Source: Ascidiella aspersa (taxonomy: Eukaryota). Taken from it: a stretch of 64,000 bases of DNA. The notes below the pieces were generated by a model. The model saw only the letters and a list, made by a program, of their open reading frames with translations, was not told the origin of the DNA and made no database searches. The DNA lies in the NCBI GenBank assembly GCA_963924565.1, contig OZ004615.1, forward strand, positions 19,406,001 to 19,470,000, read 5' to 3'. A program made the translations under genes and the position numbers. Positions 38,295 through 51,479 of the stretch are shown here, piece by piece (position 1 is the first letter of the stretch; each line of letters starts with the position of its first letter).

Positions 38295-41200
38295 TAGTAG
38301 TAAAACATAATACAAAAAAATACAACTTACGGGACTGTGTACGTAAAGAGGGTTTCTTTACTTATTATTTAATGCAACTTGTTAGCATTTTTTACAAAAG
38401 TATTGCAAAGGAAGTGCAAGTATTTCACAAAACAATAAAAGTGTCGTGCCAATTGCCGTATTTAGAGTTGGCCCAAAACGAACAAGTACAGTAACAAAAA
38501 CAGTCCAACGCAAAACCAATCATGACACTTAAGGCGTTAAATCATGAATCTAGATTGTTATTCATTGTTGTTAGGCGAATAGTTCGTTTACAATATGTCC
38601 TGTCTTTTAAACAAGTTGGATTCCATTTCACTAACTTTTCCAGTGAGGTTTAGCGGATGCTCATTTCGTTGTGGAATACGTAACCTATACAAAAGCACCT
38701 CGCATACGTAACCGTACAGACATCCAAGTCACTTTCAGCCCTGCCGTACAGAGAGATAGGAGCCTATACAGCGATCCACATTGGAATGGAAAAAGAGAGA
38801 ATCGTAGTCGACAAATGCACTGCGATCAATCGCGCCAGATGTAAGTAAAGCAATACATCATTCACTATCACACCCCTGCCTGGAAATGTTACGCTACGTC
38901 TTGGTTTGGTTTCTCGGACAAATGCGCCGACAGACGAATTACAACTCCACTTAGCCGTTTGAGAGCGGTTGTTTTTGTGAAGATGCCGCGAGGTATTCTA
39001 GGCGCAGCACCTCTTGACATGAAGCCGGAAAAAATTTAGCGAGTGAATTGCACATTACCGCTGCCAACGACAATTGTTACAAACTTGTGCGGTTTTTAAC
39101 TTTGTGGTATTCTTTAGAAAAACAGAAGGTGGTGTGCAATAAAGTAAAGTGAAGGCAATGCCTAAAACAAAATATATTTCCTTGTGTCGATAAGCAAGAA
39201 TATATATATGGGAATGCAGACACAATGTTTTGGAAGAAAAAGGGCAGTTTAGGAAATTATTTTAAATGATTACCTTTACACAGAGTGACGAGACCTTATG
39301 AACGTAATAGGAAATAAGCATTACATTTTTGCCTTTTTTATTGTAGCAGGTTTCCCAGTTACCAAGATGTCTATTTTAATTTGGGGATGATACAACTTTC
39401 TCCATTTCAGAAAAGGTCGAGTCTGTAAAAGATAAGAGATAGCAAACACGTGGGCGACAAGTCCAATATTTTGCCCACTTTGTCCTGTCGCCTAATGGAA
39501 GGAGGCAAAGAAACCCGGACTTTCCTGCGTCCAATGTTGTTGTGCCTTGAGTCTGTCGTGACAAGAACTGAAGAGGAAACGTAAAATCGCGTGTCACTTG
39601 ACAAACAAGATCCTTGCTGTGCCTTCGAGCCTCGCCTTTCATCGCAAATATAATAGCGGGTCCGTTGAGGCAACGTCCTCGAACCATTCGTTACATTTCG
39701 CGATAGATACCAAACAACTCTTAAAAAGCAAAAGCACGTCCAGCTTGAAACGGGAAGCGGGCGCACCGAGGCGTGACCTTTGTTTGTTTCCTCACAAGGC
39801 TGTTTACTGCGACGTCGCGCTCGCCAATAGACGCCTCCGTGTGACGTAACAAGAGAAACAACGCGAGGCGGCGACGGCCGGGAGAGTTGGCACCTTTTCG
39901 GTAAGGTGAGAGTTTTTTTTTAATTTATTTCAGTCGTGCAAAGTGCTAGTTGATTGGGCTTGCTGGCTTATGGAGTTTGCAAAGATAGGCTTGTTTAGGC
40001 TTGGACGTTTGGAGCATGAGTGAAGATTTCGCTGTCAAGCTGTACGTCCCGAAACTATTTGCCACGAGAGATGCTAAAACTTATTGTAATTTAGCAAAAC
40101 AAGCCATTCGTATGATGAATAATAAGGGCAAGCATGCGAGAATTTGATGCTCACTATTTAATACCTAGCTCATAATATTAAAAATTTATCTATTGCCTTG
40201 CAACTCAAACTTGGCAGCAAGTGTGTCGCCCATTTTTTTGAGATGCCACAACCTAAAAGACTTGGTAATCCCCGTTATAAATTAAAACAGGTACATTTAG
40301 TAACAGCGTAATATACGACATTGCAATTATTTCAGACTAAGTATAGTGAGCTTTGCCGCTTAAGACAGTCAAAGCGACTGGATTAAACCATTCTGACCCC
40401 ATAGCTCGATGATTTCCCGTAACCCTTGTGACGTAAGCGCGATTGGTGAGCTGTGGCGCGTTTATCATGCGAAAGAACTAAACGATTGCAAACTTAGTTG
40501 GCAAGCCGGTAGCAATTTCGCTAACGTTGCTTGTGTTGAATATAAGTAATCACTGTTTATAATATACTCGACTGATAACACACGGCCGCATGAAAGTTTC
40601 GCCTTCGCTCGTGTGTATAGGTCCGAGCATCAAGCAAACATGCGAGACGATTTGCTTTGAAGGCGAGGTTTACCGGTTGCGCCTTTTTTACCGCATTTCG
40701 CGCCCGAAAGCCGAAACTTCTTTGCGACGAGCGACGACCCCGCGGTCGAGGCGAGAACGCTTAGCCGTAAACTGTAACATGGCACCCGCCAAGGCGCGCT
40801 ATAAACCCGAGATGGAGTGGTCGCTTTGCTAATGGCGCGGTTCGCTTTCTTCGCGCTGCCGCGAGTGACCGCAAGTGACTGCGGGACGGGCGGCGAGATT
40901 TGCGCCGGGACGCATTCAAATCGGCGGCGGGCAGCGCGCCGCAGCGTCGGAATCTCGTTACGCGGCCCGCGGAACTTCGGCGCTCAATTTCCCGCCGATT
41001 TGCTAATCGCGTCCGACGCGGCGCCGGAGCCCGGCTAATATACAGGATTAGCTTGAAGGCGTGCTAATCGCGGTCGTAGCGGATAAGACAGCCTTTCCAA
41101 GTTGCAAGCAGCAAGACGCGTTTGGCAAAGGTTACTTGACGAGCAAAGTGCAGAGCGCAGGCTTTAGGTGGTTAGAATGCAAGTCGAAAGTCCGCTGCCC

Positions 41201-41939
41201 GTTAAGTCGGAGCTATTACGCCGATTGCAATCTTGTTTTGCTTAGCTTTGTCGATTAGTTAAGTTAATTCATGAGCAGGTATGTTAAGACATGGTGGCAG
41301 ATTGTATCAAGGCAAAAGAAAACTAGCATAGGTGCAGGTTTTTCTGTGTTTTGCAAAATTTGTGCATTGGATTTACCATTTTCGCCTATGTTTGGCTTGC
41401 GGAGTCAAGGTTTTATCAATAAAAAGCAACCAGAAAGCAAATATACAGGCGACTGGTAAATACAGAAGGACTTAGATTCGCACGCTCGCGCAGGTGCTCA
41501 CTTAGCGTGTAGTACGCCTCACAACTACACACAGTAGTCGTTCAGCGCTCGAGACATTCACCTTGTCGGAGTGTTGACTTAGCCGGTGGACACTTCCTAA
41601 AATTGCGGCGCGATTTCCGTAACGTTTCAACGCTCAACAGGCGTTGTAAAGCTGCCTTTTAGCGTAAAGCCTAAAGTCCGGTGCCGTCGGGAAAACACGC
41701 TTTCTGTTGTAGCTTTACCTTTTTGCCATAGCTCGTCAGGAGAGAAGTCCTTGTAATTTAGAGTTGTCAATGAGCGCTGCTGTAGGAATCGACTGTTTGC
41801 TGGATTTAAATTACAGAAAAAAAGCGGAGGGCAATTATAACGAGTATTCTGCTTTCCCGGAGAACTGAAAACGTGTTTTTGTCATTGCATTGTGAGAATT
41901 ACACTGGTTCGGTAAAGTAGTTGATTTTTGCATAAGTGG

Positions 41940-42104
41940 CGCTGGTTTAGAATCCTACTACAACGAACATTATTAGGGTGAGGGGTAGCGTTTTGGTTTG
42001 GGTAGCACCCTCACCTAAACGGTTACCCGCACCCTAACCCTCCAAATAGTGTGCATTGTTCTGCAGTTGTTTCAAAGCTGCGATAGGATTCTAGACTAAG
42101 CACT
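41940..42104. mobile_element. Small foldback/MITE-like element with ACCCTAACCC motif
   Basis: Ends GCTGGTTTAGAATCCTA / TAGGATTCTAGACTAAGC; internal AGGGTGAGGG/CCCTCACCT hairpin and a telomere-like CCCTAACCC. Confidence 0.5.
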
Positions 42105-42200
42105 AAATAGTTCAATTTTTGTGCCGTGTGATAACTGTTAGCAAATCATAAGCACACAAAATATATTTCAATGCAATATAACGTATACCTCAATGTGACG

Positions 42201-42535
42201 TCGCCAGACGTGAATTGCATTAAATTTGATTGGTCAAAATATAACTGAACGCTACATTTCTGAAGGACGTGAATAAAAATTAGCATCAAAAAGCGACAGG
42301 TTGGGGTTAAGGCCAGCCCGCTTAACTTTATGAGCCGCGAGATTTCAGATTTCAGAGTGTTAAATCGAATTCATTATAAAAACCATAATAAAGATATAAA
42401 GCGTCCGTAATGCATTTGCACACTTGCATCGGTATATAACAAACCGCGCACATACCAGTAAGCAATTAAACATCGTCGGATGTGAATTGCATTAAATTTG
42501 ATTGGTCAAAATAACAGAACGCCACATTGCTGAAG
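42201..42535. repeat. ~65-bp direct repeat pair, 272 bp apart
   Basis: 32-bp identical core GTGAATTGCATTAAATTTGATTGGTCAAAATA at 42210-41 and 42482-513. Confidence 0.9.
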
Positions 42536-42758
42536 AAGGCAAAGCTTAACAAACGCGGCGGAAACGCGTTTTTTGTCCTTACGGCTGCGGTGTCGGTGCG
42601 GCGCGCCACATCAAAGCGGTGTGTGGGGCGAGTTTATTGCCTGAAAAAGTCGGCGGAATTGCGTAGCGCGGAAGCGGGCGTTTTGTCCTCACAGATCGGT
42701 TTCGCGCGACCACCGGGAAAACTTCGACACGGAAAGACGCGCCTCTAAACGCCGCAGA

Positions 42759-43160
42759 TCGAATGAACATCGCGAAGGGTTTCGAGCGTTTCAAGTCTTT
42801 TGGCTCATGCGAACGCGTGTGGCATCTTTCCAGATTTGTAAACAAGTCATTTAGAAATGACTGGTCCAATTCGAGTCATTTTAAACATATAACAAGTCAT
42901 ATTTAGAGTCAACCTAAGTCAAGTCAAAAATTGAATATTAAACAATTAAAATTTGGCAAACTAGTGTGAAACTCAACCAAAAAACAACACATACCAAATT
43001 CAAGCAATTGTTTCGTATGCAAAACTTTTCAAAAAGATAAATAACCTAATTATATAATAAAAATTGTCGACTCGTCGCGGGTGTTGCTGCTCGAATGAAC
43101 ATCGAAACGAGTTACGAACGTTTCAAGTCTATCAGGCTCTGTGAACGCGTGTGGCATCTT
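42759..43160. repeat. 70-bp direct repeat pair flanking an AAGTC-MITE fragment
   Basis: 42759-42828 vs 43091-43160 (~80% identical). MITE 5' end CAGATTTGTAAACAAGTCATTT begins at 42831. Confidence 0.85.
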
Positions 43161-44734
43161 ACTACTGTTGTCGTTAATGTTGCTGTTCGAATGTGTGAAC
43201 TGTGGGTGGCCTTGAAGGCTCATCATAGACATAGAGCTTTGATTAAGGCACAGGAGGGCGTTTTTTATCACATGGCATATGGCGTATGCTGGGTTTTACG
43301 CGGCAAGTTTTGTCTTTGTGAATCACTGAGAACCAAATTTACAAATTAGAATCTGCATTTAAGTAATTTTAAGTGTTAAATTTTAACGATGTCGCCAGAT
43401 ATATTCTGGCAAGTTAAGTTTTAAATGAGTGCTTTGTTGGTTTCTTTAGAAAAGCGTAACCTTTAAGAAAAATGCCAACGGAAAAAATTCAGTTTTGTTA
43501 AGCCTCAATGAAAATAGTAATTGCACAAATTTGAAGACTCAATATCACATCTGCATATTGTCGCAAAGTTGCCCTTCAAATTTGCCTATTATGTGACGTC
43601 ACTCGTAAATAGTCGCGTGATATTCCTTTCCCGACTTGGTCGATTCTTAACACACCGTCGACCACCCTAACAAGCGCATACAAACGTGCGGGGCGTGCGT
43701 AAATAGAAAGGGTTCTGGTTGAATATTCGTTTGCATAAGAAGTGAAACAAAGAATAGAAATATTTCATTAAGTTTATTTGCTATATGTGCATCTGTATAA
43801 AACTTCCAATATCTTGCTTGGCCCTGGTGAAAACTCGAATAATTTGTTTTAACCTTTCTAATCTGAAGTTAACCACTTTTACAACGAAACGTAATTAGAA
43901 AATATATTTTCTTAACGACCATTTTCTTAGTGTGCGTAACAGGCACGCAATGCAAATTTGCTGCTTTCAAATCATAAGAGCTGCAAACTTACTACAGGTG
44001 GGCTTGTTTTATGGATTAAACAGGGTAAAACAATATACTGTAGGTTTTTTAATTCCAAACCTACTCTTGAGTTTTCATCTGCATGTGGCCAACCTGGGAC
44101 AGGGGTAAGAGTAGAATATATTTCTTACCAGAACGCTTAGGAATTCTCAGAGATGACGTCACAGAGTTGCGTCATAACGAGGTGTCTACAAAAAGTAACC
44201 CCACACACGCAAATAGAATTCCATAAAGCTTGTAGTCGTACTTACCAACTTACAAACTACAAAGGTTGTAGTCCCAAAATCTAAATTTTAAACTAGAAAG
44301 TGTCGGTCCTGGCGAAATACCGTTGTGCGGAGAGTTTTCCGTTTGCGACCCAGATAGACGAAGTCGCTCATTCCTCAAGGAATGCCGAAATTTTCTCACG
44401 CCACGGTTTCACACACGTTCGCTGTCAGTCAGGCCGCCCATATAGGACGAGACACACCGCGCGACTTTTCTAGACGTTATTCTTCGAGCGACAATCGTCC
44501 GTCGTTCGCGAACGCGCGCCGACAATTAGCCCGCGTGTATTGCCCGGCGCGGGCATTTAAACTCGAACGCCGAGACGGCCGGTGTCGGAGTCACCCAGAC
44601 TTGATTTCTGTCGACTGTGTTTTGGCCTGAGCGTAGCTTAACAAAGCACACGACTCCGCACGTATTGATATAAACTCTTCTGTTGTGTGCCACGGCGCTA
44701 ACTGTGAGACTGCCCCAGTCAGCTAATATCGCAG

Positions 44735-44774
44735 CCGATACCCGATACCGATTTGGGAAAGTATCGGATATCGG
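44735..44774. repeat. 14-bp inverted repeat of CCGATAC units (probable hAT-MITE core remnant)
   Basis: CCGATACCCGATAC-12 nt-GTATCGGATATCGG (13/14). Confidence 0.55.
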
Positions 44775-46800
44775 TTCTCTTTCGATATTTTAGGTTCGTG
44801 TCGGTGCGGATCCGCTAGTAAATTGTACGCGCATTTTAACCTTAGTTTATTATCTAACGCCGTGATGTCTGTCGTAAAAAGCGAAAATTATCTAAAAAAA
44901 GGCATCAAAACTAACGGTTGTTTAATAAAAAAAAGTCAATGAACAACCAAGCGTTACACATCTTCGATTTTACTAATCTAAAATATAGTAATGACATCAA
45001 TTTTAAATCAATCTCAAAACACTGAAACGCCGCAATACATTTCGATCACTGCGCCCGGCTCTGCAAGTGGCCACGGAAACGACGTCATATGACGTAGTTA
45101 TCTTGGTGCACCCCAACAAAACCGGACGCCGACCCTCGCGCGGCTACCGCAAGACAAAAACAAGAGACGCGGCCAAATACGGCAAGCCGAGTGTCTGGAC
45201 GTCAATCAGGGCGCCTTTTCACATGCCAGTATACGCATCCCAGTAGTTACTTTGGTTTGTTTGTAGCCCAAAACAGACCGATTCCCATACGCGAGGGCCC
45301 GGTAATGCGCATTAGGCGGTGCCGGTTTCTTTGGGAGTCCATTGTCGACGGTGATTTACGGTATCTGGTGAGAGTTCCTGTGCGTCCGATCCGCCGGCCC
45401 TTGTTTATCGTTCGGTCGCCGGCCCCGGCGCTTAGGGGCAGGCAGGCAGGCCGGGCGCGGAGAAGAAACTGATGGCAACAGGTTATCGGGGCCAGACTTC
45501 CCACAACACTGAAACTCGAAACGCCCCCCGATCGCTAACTGACGTGCTTTTTGCCCGTCACAATGTTGCTGCTACTGTCGCACACAATTCACTCCAGTCT
45601 GTAGGTTCGGCGGGGTTTTGATAGTGGGGCTGGAAAGAAATATCGATGCTTGTATTATATGTTCAACATAGGTAATTCGTCTGAAAAGTGTAATTTCTAG
45701 ATTCTATATTTGTGTAGCGAGGTGTTCTGAAGTTTTGATTGTCAGACTTTACGTTGGTAGCCAGATATATGAAATTTAATTTCAAACATAAATAATGCTA
45801 TAGATTGGGAAGCGTAAAGCTTGATGATTATATGCTGGTGATGAGATATCGAGAATTATTAGTTGTAGATTTAACGTCGAGAAAACATAAGTGAAAAATT
45901 TAAATTTTATAATGTTGTCAGCCACACAAAGAAAACATTTTTCATAAGGATTGAAGTTCCAGATTCTACTGGTAGACAGAGATACACGAGGTTAAGATTT
46001 TATGAGTGCGCTGTTATATACACGATTTTTTATTTTCAGATTAACGCTGTTGTACATTTCTAGAATCTATTTCAGCAGCCAGAAGACAAAATTTCGCAAG
46101 TTTGAGCATTACGGCAAGGTTACGAATCACATCCTTAACGGCAAAATGCCGTGCTGTATCACAGTCGGTTTGTTACTTTTGGGCATTTGTTGTTTAAGAT
46201 CATTGCTTTTATGTGGGCTTAGGGGTAAGACGTTTGACGCTTTTTGACTAACGAGTGTTCAGAGAATAGGTAAGGCATCTCTGTTGACAAGTGACAGCCA
46301 AATTTGTAGACACAAGGGTCAAACTAAAGCGAGAACTTCGCTGAAAGTGTGTGTTTTAGGTTAAGGTTAATCTGTGTATCGAGATAATTACAGACGACGC
46401 GAGGTGCTTTGAAGTCGGTTCCAGAAGAGATTTTGCATAGTTTAAAGTGGGCACCAGTGGGTACAGCACATCAAAACAACCCTCTGAGACTGCTTGGTTT
46501 GCAAAACCTTGTTTTTTATCAAATTCACGGTGTGTGGTACAAACCCCTGACACATAAAAGTGAAGCATAAACTAATCCCTTAAACACTTTTGAGGTAGTT
46601 TGTGATCAAAAGCAAATATGATAGACGGTTTTTGTGGAATGGTTAAATTAAATGGTGCTGAAATTACTGATCGTGTTTAGTTTATAGCAGATTGTTGAAA
46701 TATCCATCAGAATAATATTAATTTAAAGTTAACGTGGAGGCGATTGTGTAGATCAGACTAACGATATACTTAATGCACGCCCAAGGGTCCAGGTTGGATT

Positions 46801-47033
46801 TTAAGGGACTGTATTTAAGGTCTTAAAACATGCATTTCTAACTTAATAAATAAAAATAATAAATTTTGTATGGACAGGCTTATAGTAAGTCATTTTAAGT
46901 GTCATACATACAAACAGCACTATACATTTACGCCATACGGATAGCTCTGAACGCTCTACATGATTTGCATTGATTTGTTTTTATTCGTCGAGTAAAAACA
47001 GAATATTATGCAAACAAACCTTCAAACCTCTTA
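46801..47033. mobile_element. Possible degraded TTAA-type (Kolobok-like) MITE
   Basis: Starts TTAAGGG, ends CCTCTTA, internal GATAGCTCTGAACGCTCTACA; resemblance only. Confidence 0.25.
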
Positions 47034-47222
47034 GCTGAATATCCTTGTATTACAGGTTATAGAAAAAATGCAGTCATTATTATAGTTGCACTTAATATCA
47101 ATCTGGCAATCTAATTTGCCTTCGATGGACAAAATCAAATTAAACACGACGACTATCAGTATAGAAGAAAAAGAGCTTAAAGTCGCAAGCGCAATGTTAT
47201 TATTATTTTTTAAGATTTTTCT

Positions 47223-47346
47223 GTGGCCCGGTAAATGTCGCCGGGTAAATTAAAGGTCGGCCTTGTAAATTCTGCGGGACGAGTGCGGTTTTGCTAGAAA
47301 TCAGGACGGGGCGATTTTTCTACAGTCCTTCAAACTTCGGCATTGG
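47223..47346 (+). repeat. Dispersed duplicate of 50336-50456 (GC-island segment)
   Basis: GTGGCCCGGTAAATGTCGCCGGGTAAATTAAAGGTCGGCCTTGTAAATTCTGCGGGACGAGTGCGGTTTTGCT is nearly identical in both places. Confidence 0.9.
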
Positions 47347-48294
47347 CCAAAAGTGTATCGAAGAAAAAGAGCCGGTATCAAAGAAGAAGACGAGTACCGA
47401 AGAAATAGCGCTTAAAATCGAAAACACAATGCTATTTACGTCGAATAACATTGTAATTTCGCAGGCAAAATAGCAATATTCTATATGAGTTTTTTTCTAA
47501 TTTGCACTTACAAGGGGCAGACCAGATATGACGTAACTAACATTGCCGACCGCAGAAAAGCTTGGTCCGCTTCTACAGCGCTCTCTCGCTCGGCAATGGG
47601 ATCATCATTAGCGGGAGGTTTTTTTACGGTCACCGCCTTTAATCCGCGACTTTGTGCGCCTTGTAATGAGATAGCGCGCGGCGGACGTATCGGGCGTGCA
47701 ACTTTTCTGTAGATCAAGACGCTCTGCAGTCGCCGCGCGCTTTGCTAATCCTAGGAGACGTTTCACGCATAAGACGCGCATCTCGGATTGCCGCGGAACG
47801 GTTTTACGCGGTATGAAGCTCATTTCCATGTGTGGAACTTCGTTTAAATAATGTTTTAGTATTAAAAATTTAATGTAGATAGCCTACTGCTCGCATTGTT
47901 AATATGAAGTCTTTTCTCACCTGATTTACAAAATAATGTCTTTTATAATTCATAATAATAATCGAGAAAGCTAATAAAATTAAACCTGTATTTGTTCTTT
48001 AATTGCGAATTATTGTTCAGTCTTTTTGCAACAATTACTCAACATTTTTTTCTTTTTAAACAGTTACTGTCGATATAAAAATATTTTCAAAACAATTAAC
48101 TATCCTTTATATATATTGAAAGCAAACCTAACCTTAAACATTTTCACCATTTAGTTGCAGCTCTGTAGGATGGTCAGTAGTCGGGAAAATGTCGTAAACT
48201 GAAAAAAAAGTTTCGGGATAATTCGTCAAAAAAAATCGGAAGACACAATTGCTCACGAGGAAATCGTTTTTGCTAACTTTTCACCAATGCTCGA

Positions 48295-48436
48295 TCACGT
48301 GACAAGTGAATCGGGTTGGCGCCAATAATGATTGTGACGTCATGGATGACGACGACGTCGATGGTCACGTGGATTTGTTACGTCACGATGACGAGCGTGG
48401 AATCGAGACCGATACCGACCCTTTGTACAAGTGAGT
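48295..48436 (+). promoter_or_regulatory. Dense bZIP/bHLH ACGT-core cluster; alternatively a short first coding exon (ATG 48342, donor 48431)
   Basis: TCACGTGA, TGACGTCA, CGACGTCG, TCACGTGG and TTACGTCA within 91 bp. ORF MDDDDVDGHVDLLRHDDERGIETDTDPLY ends at AA|GTGAGT. Confidence 0.35.
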
Positions 48437-50335
48437 TTAAAATGATGTAAACTATTTTGTACCCATAGCAATGGTTAACTTTTTCTGTTAGCAGTTAAGT
48501 GGCCGTTAACAGCTACGACCAAGATTCCGAGACTGACTTTGTTTATTTTATGGCGAGGCCAAATCCATTTGGGCCAAAACAGCTTTAAATTCCGCCAGAT
48601 TTAAATCTGCTTGCTTTGGTTTTTTATCAGATTCCCCGGGAAATGCCGGGGCCGCCATTTGCTCGACAATCACAAACGATTTTGCGCTTTGAAAACGTAA
48701 ATTGGCCAATTTCGTATTTTGATTTTTTTAATAAAAAAACACTCAGAAAATGACCCAAAGAAAACTGCACGAAGCACAGATCGAAAACCTCGAAAATTAT
48801 ATGCAATTACATCTCATTTTCGCCGCAAATAATAAGGCCGTTTCGAATAAACGCAAGACAGTCGGAAACATCTGCAGATTAGAATCGTTCCGGAGTAGAG
48901 CTGAAACGAAGAGAGGGTAAAAAACCTTTCTTGAACCTAGCATTAAGATTCCCGCGTCATCTAGCTAGACATCGTCGGTACTGCTTTTTGCCTAAATGTG
49001 TCGCGCGACCACCCCGATAATCCCATTTTGCAAGGGGTAGCTGGTGAGGGGGTTAAACAACTAGGGGGTAAAAAAGAGTTCCCCATTAATTTTACATTGT
49101 TTCAAAAACATCGCTAGCTAAAAATAACTTGAAAACCCGTGCAGACGCCGTTTGACGCCTTAGCCCCCATGTAAGCCCCAAATATTGCGAAGAGGCCCCC
49201 AACGCGACCCCCTTTCGCAAACTATCCCTGTTCGCGGGCATGTAATTTCGGTTGCACCACAGGTTCAACGGTGGTTTTCTGCGGGCCAGCGTGCATCGAT
49301 TTCCGGTTGAAACGTTCGGCTTTTACCGATGCGCGCATTTAATTTGCACGTTGTGGCTGAGATAGTGCATGCATCAGCTGTGGAGAAATGAAGGTGTATG
49401 GCTTGCTTATGAAGAGGACGCGGCTTCTGCGACACCTTCTCCCGTTTCGTCGCAAAGTGCCCCCTGAAAATAAGACACCGACACCTATTTTGCCTTGCCC
49501 GCCACTACAGTAGTGTCGTGTGGCGATTTCGGCTCAGATTAACGCCTCAAAATTTGAGGTCAAATCACTTTGTGCGGGAGTGAGTTAGTCAAAGGGCCGG
49601 CCGCTGCCGAAACGAAAGTCGACACTTAAAGTGATCGATATCGACCGGAAAAAACACTTTTTATAATTTCAAGTGCTTTTTCATTTTTTGGAAAAGGATA
49701 AATGAATTTTTGATGGGATTCTGGCTTTGGTCACACCGTGGTTTATCGGACGTTTTCTACTAATTACAAACGACAAAATTATATTTAAAAAAAAAAACTT
49801 TCTTCATTTTTCCTTTACAAAATAGCACGACAAACAGTATGGGTTTTTTGAAAATCAATTATTTTTGTACTTATTTATTTTATCCCACGTTTCAGCACAT
49901 TTGTGGCTACCGGAAGAACTTCTTTTCAGTAAACACAAATCTGGCAGCAATGCCTACCCTCTTGTGATTTACAATAGCATTTTTTAATTGAGGACTGGAA
50001 TGGCTCAGCACCAACTGAAAGATCTCCCTATAAACAGACCGGCGATTTTTGACGAAATCTCGAATCAGCATTCCAAACCTTTAGCTATAGGCTCCCCCTA
50101 AGTAAGCGAAACGCTTCGAACGTGTAATTGGATAGACAGAGCATCACACTGGCGATCCGTTATCGCTGCCACGGGGAATCGTTAAACTGTCACGACTCTG
50201 GAAAAGGGCGCAAACTTCTCTGTCTGAAAAGTGATAGGCAAACTTTAGCGCCAGTCGCCTCCCCAATGGCACAATAAAACGGCGCCCATGAACCGGCCCT
50301 TTTTACGGCCTCGCGTTTGGCCGACGACGATTGCG

Positions 50336-50456
50336 GTGGCCCGGTGAATGTCGCCTGGTAAATTAAAGGCCGGCCCTGTAAATTCTGAGGGACGAGTGCG
50401 GTTTTGCTGGAACTTTGGTTGGGTCGTTTTTACAGTCGTATAAACATTGACATTGG
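50336..50456 (+). repeat. Probable source copy of the 47223-47346 duplicate
   Basis: Aligns with 47223-47346 and is continuous with the GC island at ~50130-50420. Confidence 0.9.
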
Positions 50457-51479
50457 AATTCGTGAGGAGTAAGAAAGGGAAGGTTTGAATTAAACCTTGT
50501 TCGAGTTGACACGCGTTTGTTATATTCCAGACAACTGTTGTTATATGGAATTGTTTTTTATGACTCCAGTAGAAATTTATGCAATAATTATCAGCGACAC
50601 AGCCTATGATTTAAAACGCTCAGATTGGCTTTTGAAAGAGAATCTCGAATAACTTAAAAGGGATGCAAAACAATGAAGTGTTTCGACGAGTATACTCGTT
50701 ATCTTCCTGGGCTGTATAAAATAATTAAAATAGCAATACATATTTGTTAACAAAAAAATAATAGTAATAATTACTCGTTTATAGATGAATAGTTTCTGGT
50801 TCCAAAAAAAAACAGAGCGATTCCACATAGGTTAGGATACCGTGCCTTTCTAAAAGCGTTCAGAATAGTCTGGAAAATAATTTACACTATCACTGAACTA
50901 ATTAGCATACCTTTTGTATACGTTTTACAAGTCGTATACCCTAACTTTGACCATGATGTTGGTATCTATATATAATTTATATATCACTTGGGTAAAGAGC
51001 ATACCCAATTAAGAAGCACTACTGTAGACACACGAAAAAATGTGATACCTCGCTTTAAAGAAAAATCATTGCCATGCGCAACGATAAATCAGAGAGCGAA
51101 TTAAGCTCTCCCTTAATGCGGTGAAATAACGACACCCAAGTTAGAACATAATACAATTTTATGACTAGAACTAGAACTTTGTCAAAGAGTTTTAAATTAA
51201 GGTCCATCGGGCAGGTGTTTCTAAGCGTCACCTGGGCCATCGCTGAGAGCAGACGTAATTTCGCGCATATAGACACCACATCAGAAAGGCCGTCTTGGCA
51301 TTTCCGTCGAGCCTTGTACAGCAGAGTACACGTTACCCTACCACAGCGGGCCGCGGAATATTTCAAAGTGTTGCCAGATTTGGCGAGTAACGATTTATTG
51401 TCTACTGTCGCGTGCTTTGGAACTCTTGTGCTGCCCGAACCGCATGTTTCGACTGTCGCTTTTATCTCGGTGACGTAAA

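Noticed and set aside
46567-46610. Hairpin containing let-7-like TGAGGTAGTTTGTG
   Set aside because: The match lies on the 3' arm (let-7 matures from the 5' arm), lacks the TAG repeat, and the stem is short.
49870-49932. Minus-strand stem + GAAACGTG + AATAAA
   Set aside because: The nearest CTGAAAA is ~14 nt too far from the stem and the cleavage triplet would end in G.
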